From an uncultured Gammaproteobacteria bacterium (GTDB lineage Bacteria; Pseudomonadota; Gammaproteobacteria; UBA9214), in NCBI GenBank assembly GCA_963748215.1, contig CAVVHS010000003.1, forward strand, positions 32,001-96,000: a stretch of DNA of 64,000 bases, read 5' to 3'. Both the position numbers and the translations under genes were made by a program. Below, piece after piece: positions 1 to 9,280 of this stretch. Every line of letters starts with the position of its first letter. The stretch's first letter is position 1. Below the pieces are notes generated by a model. It made no database searches. It was not told the origin of the DNA and saw nothing but the letters and a program-made list of their open reading frames with translations.

Positions 1-1083
1 AACGCCTTCACCAGCCAGGATTACACGGCCTATTTCCAGCGCCTGGAGCGCAGCCGCCTGCCGGTCAGTTTCGAGCTGGAAGCGGACCGGATGCGCAAGC
101 TGCACCTGCAGGACGAAGAATTCCAGAAAGAAATCAACGTGGTAATGGAAGAACGCCGAATGCGTACGGATGACAAGCCCACGGCGCTGACCTACGAGCA
201 GTTCATGGCCGCCGCCTACACCGCCAGTTCCTACCGCACGCCGACCATCGGCTGGATGAACGACCTCGAAAACCTCGAACTGGCCGATCTGCAGGCGTGG
301 TACCAGCGCTGGTATGCGCCGAATAACGCCATCGTTGTTGTGGTTGGCGATGTGCAGCCCGCGGACGTGCTTGCGCTGGCGAAGCAATATTTCGGGCCGC
401 TCAAGCCCGAGACTATCATCCAGTCCAAGCCGCGCGTCGAACCACCCCAGCAGGGTCGACGTGACATCCGGGTCGAGGTCCCGGCCGAAGTCCCCTACAC
501 TGTCATGGGTTTCAAGGTGCCGGTGCTGAAAACGGCCGGGGACGACATGGAACCCTATGCGCTTGAGGTGCTGGCCGGCATCCTCGACGGCGGTGACAGT
601 GCGCGCCTGGCTACCGAGCTGGTGCGCGGCAGCCAGGTCGCTTCCAGCGCCGGCGCCGGTTATGACCTTTACAGCCGCCAGTCGGACCTGTTCCTGCTGG
701 ACGGCACACCCTCCAAGCGGCACAGTGTCGCCGAGCTGCAGCAAGCCCTGCTGGAGCAGATCAGGCGCCTGCAGGAAAAACCGGTAACACCGGACGAACT
801 GGCGCGCGTCAAGGCCAGGGTGGTCGCCAGCGCGGTGTACGAACAGGATTCCACCTTCTACCAGGCCATGAAAATCGGCCAGCTGGAGGCGGTAGGACTC
901 GACTGGCGGCTGGCGGATGACTACGTGGCACGCATCAAGGCGGTGACTGCGGACCAGCTGCAGGCGGTGGCCGGCAAGTACCTGGTCGAGAAAAACCTGA
1001 CCGTGGCGGAACTGGTGCCGCTGCCCATGGATTCCGGACGCAAGCCGCGTGCGGCCATGCCGGAGGGTGCCCATGTCCACTAA
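1..1083 (+). CDS. M16 family zinc peptidase (pitrilysin-like), 5'-truncated by window edge
   Basis: Frame open from base 1 (NAFTSQDYTAYFQ...); motifs EINVVMEERRMR, WYAPNNAIVVVVGD, SARL; HXXEH would lie upstream of the window. Confidence 0.9.
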   Translation, partial: NAFTSQDYTAYFQRLERSRLPVSFELEADRMRKLHLQDEEFQKEINVVMEERRMRTDDKPTALTYEQFMAAAYTASSYRTPTIGWMNDLENLELADLQAWYQRWYAPNNAIVVVVGDVQPADVLALAKQYFGPLKPETIIQSKPRVEPPQQGRRDIRVEVPAEVPYTVMGFKVPVLKTAGDDMEPYALEVLAGILDGGDSARLATELVRGSQVASSAGAGYDLYSRQSDLFLLDGTPSKRHSVAELQQALLEQIRRLQEKPVTPDELARVKARVVASAVYEQDSTFYQAMKIGQLEAVGLDWRLADDYVARIKAVTADQLQAVAGKYLVEKNLTVAELVPLPMDSGRKPRAAMPEGAHVH

Positions 1084-2419
1084 CAGCCAGCGTGAGGCAA
1101 ACAGCATGACGAAACGATTACTGGGCGATGTGGCCCTGGTACTGGTGTTGCTGCTGCCGGCACTGCCGGCACAGGCCATACCGCCGATCCAGCACTGGCT
1201 GACCGATAACGGGCTGCGCGTCTACTACGTACATGCCCCCGAATTACCGATGGTGGATCTGAACATCACCTTTGCCGCCGGCAGCGCGCGCGATGACGGG
1301 CACTCCGGGGTCGCACACATGACCAGCACCCTGCTCGATACCGGGGCGGCCGGCCTCAGTGCCAGCGAGCTGGCAAACCGGATCGAGGCGCTGGGTGCGG
1401 AACTCAACACCGGTTCCGCGCGCGACATGGGCTGGGTGAGCCTGCGCAGCCTGAGTGACACTGAATACCTGCAGCCGGCGCTGGCGATCCTGGGCGACAT
1501 ACTCGGCAAGCCGGATTTCAACAAGCGCGACTTCGAACGCGAGCGCGAGCGCACGCTGGTCGCCCTGCGCAGTGATGAACAGTCGCCGTCGACCGTGGCC
1601 GAATACGCGCATTTCGATGCCATCTACCACGACCACCCCTACGCGCTGCGCGAAAACGGTACCGAAGCGAGTATCAAGACACTGTCGCTGGCAGATATCC
1701 GTGAATTCCATGGCCGTTACTACGTGGCGCGCAATGCCGTGCTGGCCATTGTCGGCGATATTGACCGCCAGGAAGCCGAGAAGGTGGCGGAACGGCTCGC
1801 CGCACGCCTGCCGGAAGGCAAGCGCGCCGATTCCCTGCCGCCCGTGCCGCGCCTGGAAAAGGCCAGCATGGAGCGCATCTACCATCCGTCCGCACAGACC
1901 ACCGTGCGCATGGGGGCGCCGGGCATGCATCGTGGCGATCCGGATTATTTCCCGCTCTATATCGGCAACCACGTACTCGGTGGCAGCGGCCTGGTGTCGA
2001 GGCTGAGTGACGAGGTGCGTGAGAAGCGCGGCCTGTCCTACAGTGCCAGCAGCTATTTCAACCCCATGGAGCAGGACGGGCCGTACCTGCTGTCACTGCA
2101 GACGCGCAATGACCAGGCCGAGGCGGCGCTTGCCGTCATGCGCGAGACCCTGCAGAAGTTTGTCGACGAGGGTCCGACCGAAAAAGAGCTGGTCGATTCG
2201 AAGAAGAATATTACCGGCGGCTTCGCGCTGCTGATCGACAGCAACTCGAAGATCCTCAGCTACCTGGTGATGATCGGCTACTACGGACTGCCGCTCGATT
2301 ACCTGGAGAAATTCAACGAAACGGTCGAGGCCGTCACCCGCGAGCAGATTATCGACGCCTTCCGGCGTCGCGTGCAGCCGGATGCCATGGCCACGGTGAT
2401 CGTCGGCGGCGACAGCTGA
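1073..2419 (+). CDS. M16 family peptidase-like partner subunit, probably non-catalytic, exported
   Basis: Signal peptide; GVAHMTSTLL replaces HXXEH; SRLSDEVREKRGLSY; GGAGG RBS before ATG 1073 (alternative start 1106). Confidence 0.88.
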   Translation: MSTNSQREANSMTKRLLGDVALVLVLLLPALPAQAIPPIQHWLTDNGLRVYYVHAPELPMVDLNITFAAGSARDDGHSGVAHMTSTLLDTGAAGLSASELANRIEALGAELNTGSARDMGWVSLRSLSDTEYLQPALAILGDILGKPDFNKRDFERERERTLVALRSDEQSPSTVAEYAHFDAIYHDHPYALRENGTEASIKTLSLADIREFHGRYYVARNAVLAIVGDIDRQEAEKVAERLAARLPEGKRADSLPPVPRLEKASMERIYHPSAQTTVRMGAPGMHRGDPDYFPLYIGNHVLGGSGLVSRLSDEVREKRGLSYSASSYFNPMEQDGPYLLSLQTRNDQAEAALAVMRETLQKFVDEGPTEKELVDSKKNITGGFALLIDSNSKILSYLVMIGYYGLPLDYLEKFNETVEAVTREQIIDAFRRRVQPDAMATVIVGGDS

Positions 2420-2624
2420 TACGGCGCAATATCACAACAAAGCCCTGCCGCGTACACGGCCTGTCGGTTGCCACTGACAGGCCGTATTGTTTTCTGACCA
2501 CTGTCTGTCCCTTGAGCCCCCGCTAAGCTGCATGCCAGGACACCCGGAAACGGGCCGGGCAGGGATGCCTGCTGTTCATCCTGGTGCAGGATCGCACCGT
2601 AGTCATACACTCAAGGAGGGGCTT

Positions 2625-3275
2625 ATGAAACAGAAATACACGGGCTTGACGCGTCTCATGCAATCCACGCTGGTGCTTGCCACAACTTCGCTGGCGACGG
2701 GTGCACAGGCAAACACGGTGATTTCCGAAGTGCTCTACGATGCAGTCGGTACCGATCGGGGCAATGTCTTTATCGAATTGTTCGGGGCGCCGGGCAGCTC
2801 GCTGAACGGGCTGTTTCTCGAAGGCGTGAACGGCACCGACGGCAGCGTCTACAAGACCGCTGCGCTGAGCGGGCTGATCCCGTCCGACGGCGTATTCGTG
2901 ATCGGCGATGACAGCGGCAACGGTACCAGCCAGGTGAGCAATGTCGATCTCGTGCTGGATGTCGAGTTCCAGAACGGGCCGGACTCGATTGTGCTGCGTG
3001 ATGCGAACGGCGTGCTGGACGCACTTGGCTACGGCGATTTCAGTTCCGCTGTCTTTGCCGGGGAGGGCGGTGCGGCACCCGACGTCGCGGGCGGCTGGAG
3101 CCTGGCGCGCGGCAACCCGCGGGTCGACAGCGACGACAATGCAGCGGATTTCTTCGGTCTCGACATCCCGACTCCCGGCCTGGTTCCGGCCAGTCCGGTG
3201 CCGGTGCCGCCGGCGCTGGCACTGTTCCTGTCCGGGCTCGCCGGCCTGATCGGCGTGTCGCGGCGCAAGGGCTGA
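2625..3275 (+). CDS. Lamin-tail-domain protein with VPLPA/PEP-CTERM-type sorting signal
   Basis: Signal peptide; VISEVLYD..G.D..FIEL, FQNGPDSIVL, TPG motifs; C-terminus PVPVPPALALFLSGLAGLIGVSRRKG; AAGGAGG RBS. Confidence 0.8.
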   Translation: MKQKYTGLTRLMQSTLVLATTSLATGAQANTVISEVLYDAVGTDRGNVFIELFGAPGSSLNGLFLEGVNGTDGSVYKTAALSGLIPSDGVFVIGDDSGNGTSQVSNVDLVLDVEFQNGPDSIVLRDANGVLDALGYGDFSSAVFAGEGGAAPDVAGGWSLARGNPRVDSDDNAADFFGLDIPTPGLVPASPVPVPPALALFLSGLAGLIGVSRRKG

Positions 3276-3363
3276 GCACGTGTCCGGCGGGGATCGGGCC
3301 AGGGACTGCCCGATCCCCGCCGGACGCTCGACGCCAGCGCGACGTTCATGGATCATCCCGGGG

Positions 3364-3942
3364 ATGAGTCCGAAGTCGACACAGGGCCAGCTGCGCATCA
3401 TCGGTGGCAGCTGGCGTGGCCGCAAGCTGGCGTTCGCACCGATACCCGGCCTGCGACCGACGCCCGATCGGGTGCGCGAGACGCTGTTCAACTGGCTTGC
3501 ACCGGTGATACGCGGAGCACGCTGCCTCGACCTGTTCGCCGGCAGCGGTGCGCTGGGCATCGAGGCGGCATCGCGTGGTGCGGCGGAGTGCGTGCTGGTC
3601 GAGCATGATGCACAGGCGGTGCGCGTCTTGCGTGAACAGGTGGGCCGTCTTGACGCGACGCAGGTGCGGGTGGTCGAGGCTGATGCGCTGCACTGGTTGT
3701 GCCTGGACCCGCAGCCGTTCGATATCGTGTTCCTCGATCCGCCGTTTAGTGCCGGCCTGCTGCCCGAGTGCATGCGTCTGCTCGAAGCGCGGGGCTGGCT
3801 GGCGCCGGAGACATGGATCTACCTGGAAGCCGGGGCTGCCGAGGCGCCCGAGCTGCCGGACAACTGGGAGCTGTACCGCGACAGGCGCGCCGGCCAGGTC
3901 AGTTATCGCCTGGTACGACGCAGCGCCATGCCCGCCCTATAA
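3364..3942 (+). CDS. rsmD: 16S rRNA m2G966 methyltransferase
   Basis: LRIIGGSWRGRKL, LRPTPDRVRETLFNWL, LDLFAGSGALG, FLDPPF. Confidence 0.95.
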   Translation: MSPKSTQGQLRIIGGSWRGRKLAFAPIPGLRPTPDRVRETLFNWLAPVIRGARCLDLFAGSGALGIEAASRGAAECVLVEHDAQAVRVLREQVGRLDATQVRVVEADALHWLCLDPQPFDIVFLDPPFSAGLLPECMRLLEARGWLAPETWIYLEAGAAEAPELPDNWELYRDRRAGQVSYRLVRRSAMPAL

Positions 3943-4314
3943 CGGGGCGGTCTGTTGTCTGTCTGGTGCGTTGGAAAATCCCCATGGCCTTGCGAGTAAC
4001 GCCTGGTACATGCCTGTTGCCGAACGCAGGCACCTGCAGGGTGCGGCGGCGCAGATGCCTGTGCATTCCGGGTGCGTGCTTACAAGCGCAATACGTGACA
4101 TATAGATTCGTGCAATTCCTGCCAGACGGCATTGCCTGAATGTGCCTGCTGCGTTACTGTGACGGCTGTGTGGAGTCACGCTTGTGATGCATGTCAATCC
4201 TGCACGTCATTGCATCGAAGGTGTTATCGCGCCGGCGGCTGAATACAGGTTTTCGGCATGCACCTATGTGTTACTGGCTTCAGTATGATATTTGCATGAG
4301 GAGAAAAACCGGCA

Positions 4315-4524
4315 ATGAATGATCGTCATATCGCGGGTACCGTTGCTGCTGGCGAGCGGCTCACTCCCCTGGAAGCCTATGACCTTGCCTTGCGACGGGC
4401 GCATGCCGCCCGTGCACAATTGCTGCGCAATGTACTGTTCAACTGCGCGCACAAACTGCGTGAGCGGATCTGCGCCGGCGCGGAAAAGCTGCACGTCAAT
4501 CTCTGTCCCCTGTGCTGCCAGTAG
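4315..4524 (+). CDS. Small hypothetical protein (69 aa) with Cys-rich C-terminus
   Basis: GAGGAG RBS; amphipathic helix YDLALRRAHAARAQ; ends CPLCCQ; fills an otherwise empty gap. Confidence 0.6.
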   Translation: MNDRHIAGTVAAGERLTPLEAYDLALRRAHAARAQLLRNVLFNCAHKLRERICAGAEKLHVNLCPLCCQ

Positions 4525-4664
4525 CCATTCCGCGCAGTACGCTGGTATTGTAGTCACCCCGTTTCGCCCGGAACCGGGCCGCCCGTTCATGTCACGGTTG
4601 CATCAGTCAGTACGGAATTCCCATTCGACCGCTTTCCAGCCATGCTTGCCGGGTGTCATGCCAG

Positions 4665-5879
4665 TTATTCGTAGCGCAGGGCCTCGATGGGCTGCAGGCG
4701 TGAGGCCTTGCGGGCCGGATGCAGGCCGAAGAACACGCCGATAACAGCTGCGAAGGAAAACGCCAGTACCACTGACCAGGGCGTGATGTCGACCTGGAAC
4801 TGGGAGAGTTGCCCGAGTCCAAGCGCGGTCGCGATACCGAACAGCACGCCAAACAGGCCGCCGGTGCCGCTCAGCACCAGGGCCTCCAGCAGGAACTGCC
4901 AGAGGATATCGCGCCGGCGTGCTCCCAGTGCCATGCGTATGCCGATCTCGCGGGTGCGCTCGGTGACCGATACCAGCATGATATTCATGATGCCGATACC
5001 GCCCACCAGCAGCGACACCGAGGCAATCGAACCGAGCAGCCAGGTGAACACGCTGGCGCTTTCCGCGGCAGTCTGGGCCAGTTCGGCGCGGTTGAAGATG
5101 CGGAAATCATCGTCCTGGACCGGTTGCAGGCGGTGCTTCTCGCGCAGTACGCGCTTGACCTCCTGGTAGGCGGTGCGCGCCGCGTCCGCGCCTGCCGTCT
5201 GGATCTCGATGGTGTGGATATGGGTAATGCCGAGCAGTTTGCGCTGCACGGTGGTCACCGGTGCGAGGATGGTGTCATCCAGATCGGTGCCGTGGGCGCT
5301 GGCGCCCTTTTCCGACAATACGCCGAGTATGCGGCAGGCCACGCCCTTGATGACGATGGTTTCACCCACCGGGCTGACCAGGCCGAACAGCTCGCGTGCC
5401 ACAGTTTGTCCCAGCACACACACGTGGTCGGCTGACATGACATGCCGTGTGGTGAAGAACTCGCCTTCCGCAAGCGGCCAGTTGCGCACCGCGATATAGT
5501 CGGGTGTGACGCCTTCCACCGCCGTACCCCAGTTGCTGCCGCGATAGCGCACCTGGGCGCTGCTGCGCACGCTGGGCGCCGCCGCAATTACGTTCGGCAG
5601 CAGGGCGATGGCCTCGGCATCCGCCAGGGTCAGTTTGGTGGTAGTGCCCGCGCCGGTGCGTACACCGCCGCGTGTCACGCTGCCCGAACGCACCGTCAGG
5701 CTCGAGCTGCCCATGCTCTCCAGCTGTTTCGCGATACGCTGTTGCGCGCCGCTGCCGACTGCCAGCATGGCAATCACCGAGCCTACGCCGATGATGACGC
5801 CCAGTGCGGTGAGCATGGCGCGCACCTTGTTGCGCCACAGCGAACGCAATGCGAGTGAAAAGGCCGTGGACCAGATCAT
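4665..5879 (-). CDS. MacB-family ABC transporter permease
   Basis: LTALGVIIGVGSVI, GGIGIMNIMLVSVTERTREIGIRMALGA, PARKASRLQPIEALRYE. Confidence 0.95.
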   Translation of the reverse strand: MIWSTAFSLALRSLWRNKVRAMLTALGVIIGVGSVIAMLAVGSGAQQRIAKQLESMGSSSLTVRSGSVTRGGVRTGAGTTTKLTLADAEAIALLPNVIAAAPSVRSSAQVRYRGSNWGTAVEGVTPDYIAVRNWPLAEGEFFTTRHVMSADHVCVLGQTVARELFGLVSPVGETIVIKGVACRILGVLSEKGASAHGTDLDDTILAPVTTVQRKLLGITHIHTIEIQTAGADAARTAYQEVKRVLREKHRLQPVQDDDFRIFNRAELAQTAAESASVFTWLLGSIASVSLLVGGIGIMNIMLVSVTERTREIGIRMALGARRRDILWQFLLEALVLSGTGGLFGVLFGIATALGLGQLSQFQVDITPWSVVLAFSFAAVIGVFFGLHPARKASRLQPIEALRYE

Positions 5880-5880
5880 C

Positions 5881-6558
5881 TCAGCCCTCCAGCCGTCCGT
5901 CGCGCATGGTCAGCCGTCGCTGCGCATGCCCGGCGACCTCCTGTTCGTGGGTGATGAGCACGATGGTCACCCCGTCCCGGCTGTTCAGTTCATCGAGCAC
6001 GGCGAGGATCTCGCCGCTGGTCGCGCTGTCGAGGTTGCCGGTCGGCTCGTCGGCCAGCAGCAGCGCCGGTTGCGTGACCAGCGCCCGGGCCAGCGCCACG
6101 CGCTGCTGCTGACCACCGGACAGCTGGCTGGGCTGGTGACCGGCACGTTCGCCCAGCCCCATGCGGTCGAGCATGGCGCGGGCACGGCCATGTCGCGTCT
6201 GACGGTCAATGCCGGCGTATACCAGCGGCATTTCCACGTTATCCAGCGCACTGGTCCGCGCCAGCAGATTGAAGTTCTGGAACACGAAGCCGATGGCGCG
6301 GTTGCGGATGGCAGCGAGTTCGTCCGCATTCATACGGGTTATGTCCTCGCCGTTCAGCATGTAATTTCCGCTGTCGGGGATGTCCAGGCAGCCGAGGATG
6401 TGCATCAGCGTGGACTTGCCGGAACCGGATGTGCCCATGATGGCGATGAACTCGCCGGGCTCGACCACCAGGTCGATGCCGCGCAGAGCCTGCACCTGCA
6501 CGCCGTCCATGGCATAGGTCTTGTGTACGCCGGACATGCGGATGATGGGCTCACCCAT
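5881..6558 (-). CDS. ABC transporter ATP-binding protein (MacB/LolD type)
   Basis: Walker A GTSGSGKST, LSGGQQQRV, LLADEPTGNLD; start MGEPIIRM at 6558. Confidence 0.95.
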   Translation of the reverse strand: MGEPIIRMSGVHKTYAMDGVQVQALRGIDLVVEPGEFIAIMGTSGSGKSTLMHILGCLDIPDSGNYMLNGEDITRMNADELAAIRNRAIGFVFQNFNLLARTSALDNVEMPLVYAGIDRQTRHGRARAMLDRMGLGERAGHQPSQLSGGQQQRVALARALVTQPALLLADEPTGNLDSATSGEILAVLDELNSRDGVTIVLITHEQEVAGHAQRRLTMRDGRLEG

Positions 6559-6562
6559 GATG

Positions 6563-7765
6563 TCAAAACAGGCTGAAGCCGCGGTAGCGGCCGCCGGCGT
6601 CCTGTTTGCGTGCGGGCACAGCCACCGACATGCCCTCGTTCGCGTGCTCACCGGCGATCTCGGTTTCCTTCTCGCCGACCAGGCCGGCCTGCACCTTGCG
6701 CGGTTCCAGCCCGGATGCGCCTTCTGTCCAGAGCATGGATTCACCCGCCACGAGTTCCCTGCGCAGTCTGCCGAGTTCCGTCGCCGGTAACTGGGGTACA
6801 AAACGCAGTGCCTCGTTCGGCGCCTTGAGAACATTCCTGCGACGGTCCACCTCGATGGATACCGTGGCGGTCATGCCTGGCTTGAGTGCGAGATCGGCAT
6901 TGTCGACATGGATCACGCAGTTGTACTTGACCACGCCGGCATCGACTTTCGGTTCCAGCCTTACCTGCACGAGTTCGCCGCTGAACGCGCGGTCAGGATA
7001 GGCGAACACAGTGAAATTCACCGGCTGGCCCTTCTTGACCATGCCGATATAGGCTTCGTCCACGTCGGTCTCGATCTGCATGCGAGTCAGGTCCTGCGCA
7101 ATCGTGAACAGCGTGGGCGCCTGCAGGCTGGCGGCCACGGTCTGCCCCCTGTCGACATTGCGCGAGATCACCACCCCGTCGATGGGGGCGCGGATAATGC
7201 TGTTGTCGAGATTGAAGCGTTCATGATCCAGCGTGGCGTCGGCCTTGGCCATGGCGGCTTCCTTTTCACGCAGCTCGACTATCGCGCTTTCCAGGGCGAA
7301 CTGTGCCGTGTCGATATCGCTGTCGGAGACCAGCTTGCGTTCCTGCAGGCCCTTGAGACGGTCCAGGTTGCGGCGTTTCTCCTTAATCGCGATCGCCGCC
7401 TTGTCACGCAGGGCCTCGGCGTTTTTCAGGCTGGCCTGTGCCTCGGCCAGCTTGGCCCTGAACAGCGACGGCTCGATGCGGGCGATCACGTCGCCCGCAT
7501 GCACCGGTGTGTTGAAGTCGGCCTCCAGCGACTGGATGGTACCCGAGACCTGACTGCCGACCTGCACGGTGATCAACGGGTTCAGCGTGCCGGTGGCCGA
7601 GACGGTCGCCACCAGGTCGCCGCGGGTCACCCTGGCGGTGTTCCAGGCGGGGGGCGACTCGTCCTGCTGTCCGGGCAATAGCAGGTAAACCGCACCGGCG
7701 GCGGCAAGCAGCAATGGCAGCCAGAGTATCCACTTGCGGTGGGAGTGCGTTCGTGTGTGAGCCAT
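6563..7765 (-). CDS. MacA-type periplasmic adaptor (membrane fusion protein)
   Basis: N-terminal TM; VQVGSQVSG, IRAPIDGVVI, GQTVAASLQAPTLF, LKPGMTA. Confidence 0.93.
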   Translation of the reverse strand: MAHTRTHSHRKWILWLPLLLAAAGAVYLLLPGQQDESPPAWNTARVTRGDLVATVSATGTLNPLITVQVGSQVSGTIQSLEADFNTPVHAGDVIARIEPSLFRAKLAEAQASLKNAEALRDKAAIAIKEKRRNLDRLKGLQERKLVSDSDIDTAQFALESAIVELREKEAAMAKADATLDHERFNLDNSIIRAPIDGVVISRNVDRGQTVAASLQAPTLFTIAQDLTRMQIETDVDEAYIGMVKKGQPVNFTVFAYPDRAFSGELVQVRLEPKVDAGVVKYNCVIHVDNADLALKPGMTATVSIEVDRRRNVLKAPNEALRFVPQLPATELGRLRRELVAGESMLWTEGASGLEPRKVQAGLVGEKETEIAGEHANEGMSVAVPARKQDAGGRYRGFSLF

Positions 7766-7892
7766 GAAACCGTTCCAGTGCCGTGCGGCGAATCAGACGC
7801 ATTGACCAATCCGACGCACTGGCTTCGCCGTTTTCACAACATGCGGTTGCATGCGCGTATAGCTGGCCGCTACCGCCGGTTGCTCCCGGTAA

Positions 7893-7919
7893 TCAGAGCT
7901 GCCTCCTGCGCGGAAGTTC
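7893..7919 (-). promoter_or_regulatory. sigmaE (RpoE/AlgU)-type promoter for the MacAB-type operon
   Basis: Minus strand reads GAACTT-N16-TCTGA, ~130 bp upstream of the adaptor ATG. Confidence 0.7.
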
Positions 7920-7971
7920 AGTCGCATGCTGCCGCCCGTACGGGAAAAATCGGAAACTGCAGTGCCTGCCG

Positions 7972-9279
7972 TCAGTCTGCGAGCGAATAAACCAGTCGGC
8001 CGCCAAGTAGCGTATGCAGGGCGCGGCCTTTCATTTCCCAGCCGGCGAATGGCGTATTGTGACCCTGACTGCGCATGCTGCGGGCATCCAGCAACCAGGT
8101 CAATTCCGGGTTGAAAATACAGATGTCGGCGAGGGCGCCCATTGCCAGGGTGCCGGCAGGCAGGCCGAGTATACGGGCCGGCCCGCAGGTCAGGCGGCGG
8201 ATCAGTTCCGGCAAGGTCAGGATGTTGTCCTCGGCCAGGCGCAGGGCCAGCGGCAGCAGCGAATCCAGCCCGGAGATGCCCGGTTCGGTCGCCGGAAACG
8301 GCCCCATCTTGGCATCGGGTTCGTGCGGTTGGTGATCCGAGCAGATGGCCTGGAAGGTGCCGTTCTGCAGGGCATCGCGTAGCTGCTGGCGATCCTCGAC
8401 CGTGCGCAGCGGCGGCAGCACATGGCACTGGCTGTCGAATTCACTGACGTCGTTTTCCGTCAGGTACAGATAGGGAATGGCCACGTCGGCAGTCACCGGC
8501 AGACCGTCAAAGCGTGCGCGTGCGACCATGCGGGCGGCACGACCTGAAGTCAGTCGGCAGAAATGCGCGCGCACCCCGGTTTGTCCGATCAGTGCCAGGG
8601 TATGGGCCACCGCCGCGGTCTCGGCCGCCTCCGGGATGCCGGGCAGGCCAAGCCGGGTCGCCACACGTCCCTCGTGTGCGCAGCCGTCGTTGGCCAGCCA
8701 GTGGTCGTTGGCGTGCAGAAACACGGTCAGGTCAAAGGTGACCGCGTATTCCAGCGCGCGGCGCAGAACCAGTGAATTCGCCACCGGCCGGAGGGTATTA
8801 CTGACGCCCACGCAGCCGGCCTTGCGCAAGGCCGCCATCTCGCTCAGTTGCTCGCCGGCCAGCGCGCGCGTCAGCGCGCCCAGGGTCACGACCCGTGCCT
8901 TGCCGCACTCGGTGGCGCGCAGGCGGATCAGTTCCACAACGGCCGGCGTGTCGATGATCGGGTTGGTGTCGGGCGGGCAGCACAGCGTAGTGATGCCGCC
9001 ACTGGCTGCAGCGCGGGTTTCCGAGGCGATCGTGGCCTTCTGTTCCTGGCCCGGTTCGCGCATCCGGGCGCTCAGTTCCACCAGGCCCGGACACACGATG
9101 CAGCCGCTTGCGTCCAGGGTTGCATCGGCCGTAAAGCCGTCGGGCGCCTTGTCCAGGCCGACGATCCTGCCCTTGGCGACGAACAGGTCGGCGCTGGTAT
9201 CGATATCATTGGCGGGGTCGATGATGCGGCCACCCCGAATGTGAAATCTGAGTTGCTTGCTGCGGCTGGCGGGCGACAT
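7972..9279 (-). CDS. pyrC: Dihydroorotase-like protein, probably inactive PyrC' (ATCase structural subunit)
   Basis: Downstream of pyrB; PGLVELSARMREPG lacks the HXH metal ligands; PPLRT, SDHQPH, NTPF. Confidence 0.88.
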   Translation of the reverse strand: MSPASRSKQLRFHIRGGRIIDPANDIDTSADLFVAKGRIVGLDKAPDGFTADATLDASGCIVCPGLVELSARMREPGQEQKATIASETRAAASGGITTLCCPPDTNPIIDTPAVVELIRLRATECGKARVVTLGALTRALAGEQLSEMAALRKAGCVGVSNTLRPVANSLVLRRALEYAVTFDLTVFLHANDHWLANDGCAHEGRVATRLGLPGIPEAAETAAVAHTLALIGQTGVRAHFCRLTSGRAARMVARARFDGLPVTADVAIPYLYLTENDVSEFDSQCHVLPPLRTVEDRQQLRDALQNGTFQAICSDHQPHEPDAKMGPFPATEPGISGLDSLLPLALRLAEDNILTLPELIRRLTCGPARILGLPAGTLAMGALADICIFNPELTWLLDARSMRSQGHNTPFAGWEMKGRALHTLLGGRLVYSLAD

Positions 9280-9280
9280 G

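Noticed and set aside
2540-2575. c-di-GMP-I riboswitch before the PEP-CTERM gene
   Set aside because: It has a GAAA-tetraloop stem but lacks GGCAAA, ACGCAAAG and the tetraloop-receptor stem.
7972-9279. Dihydroorotase lacking metal-binding His as a novelty
   Set aside because: An inactive PyrC' next to pyrB is well known from Pseudomonas.
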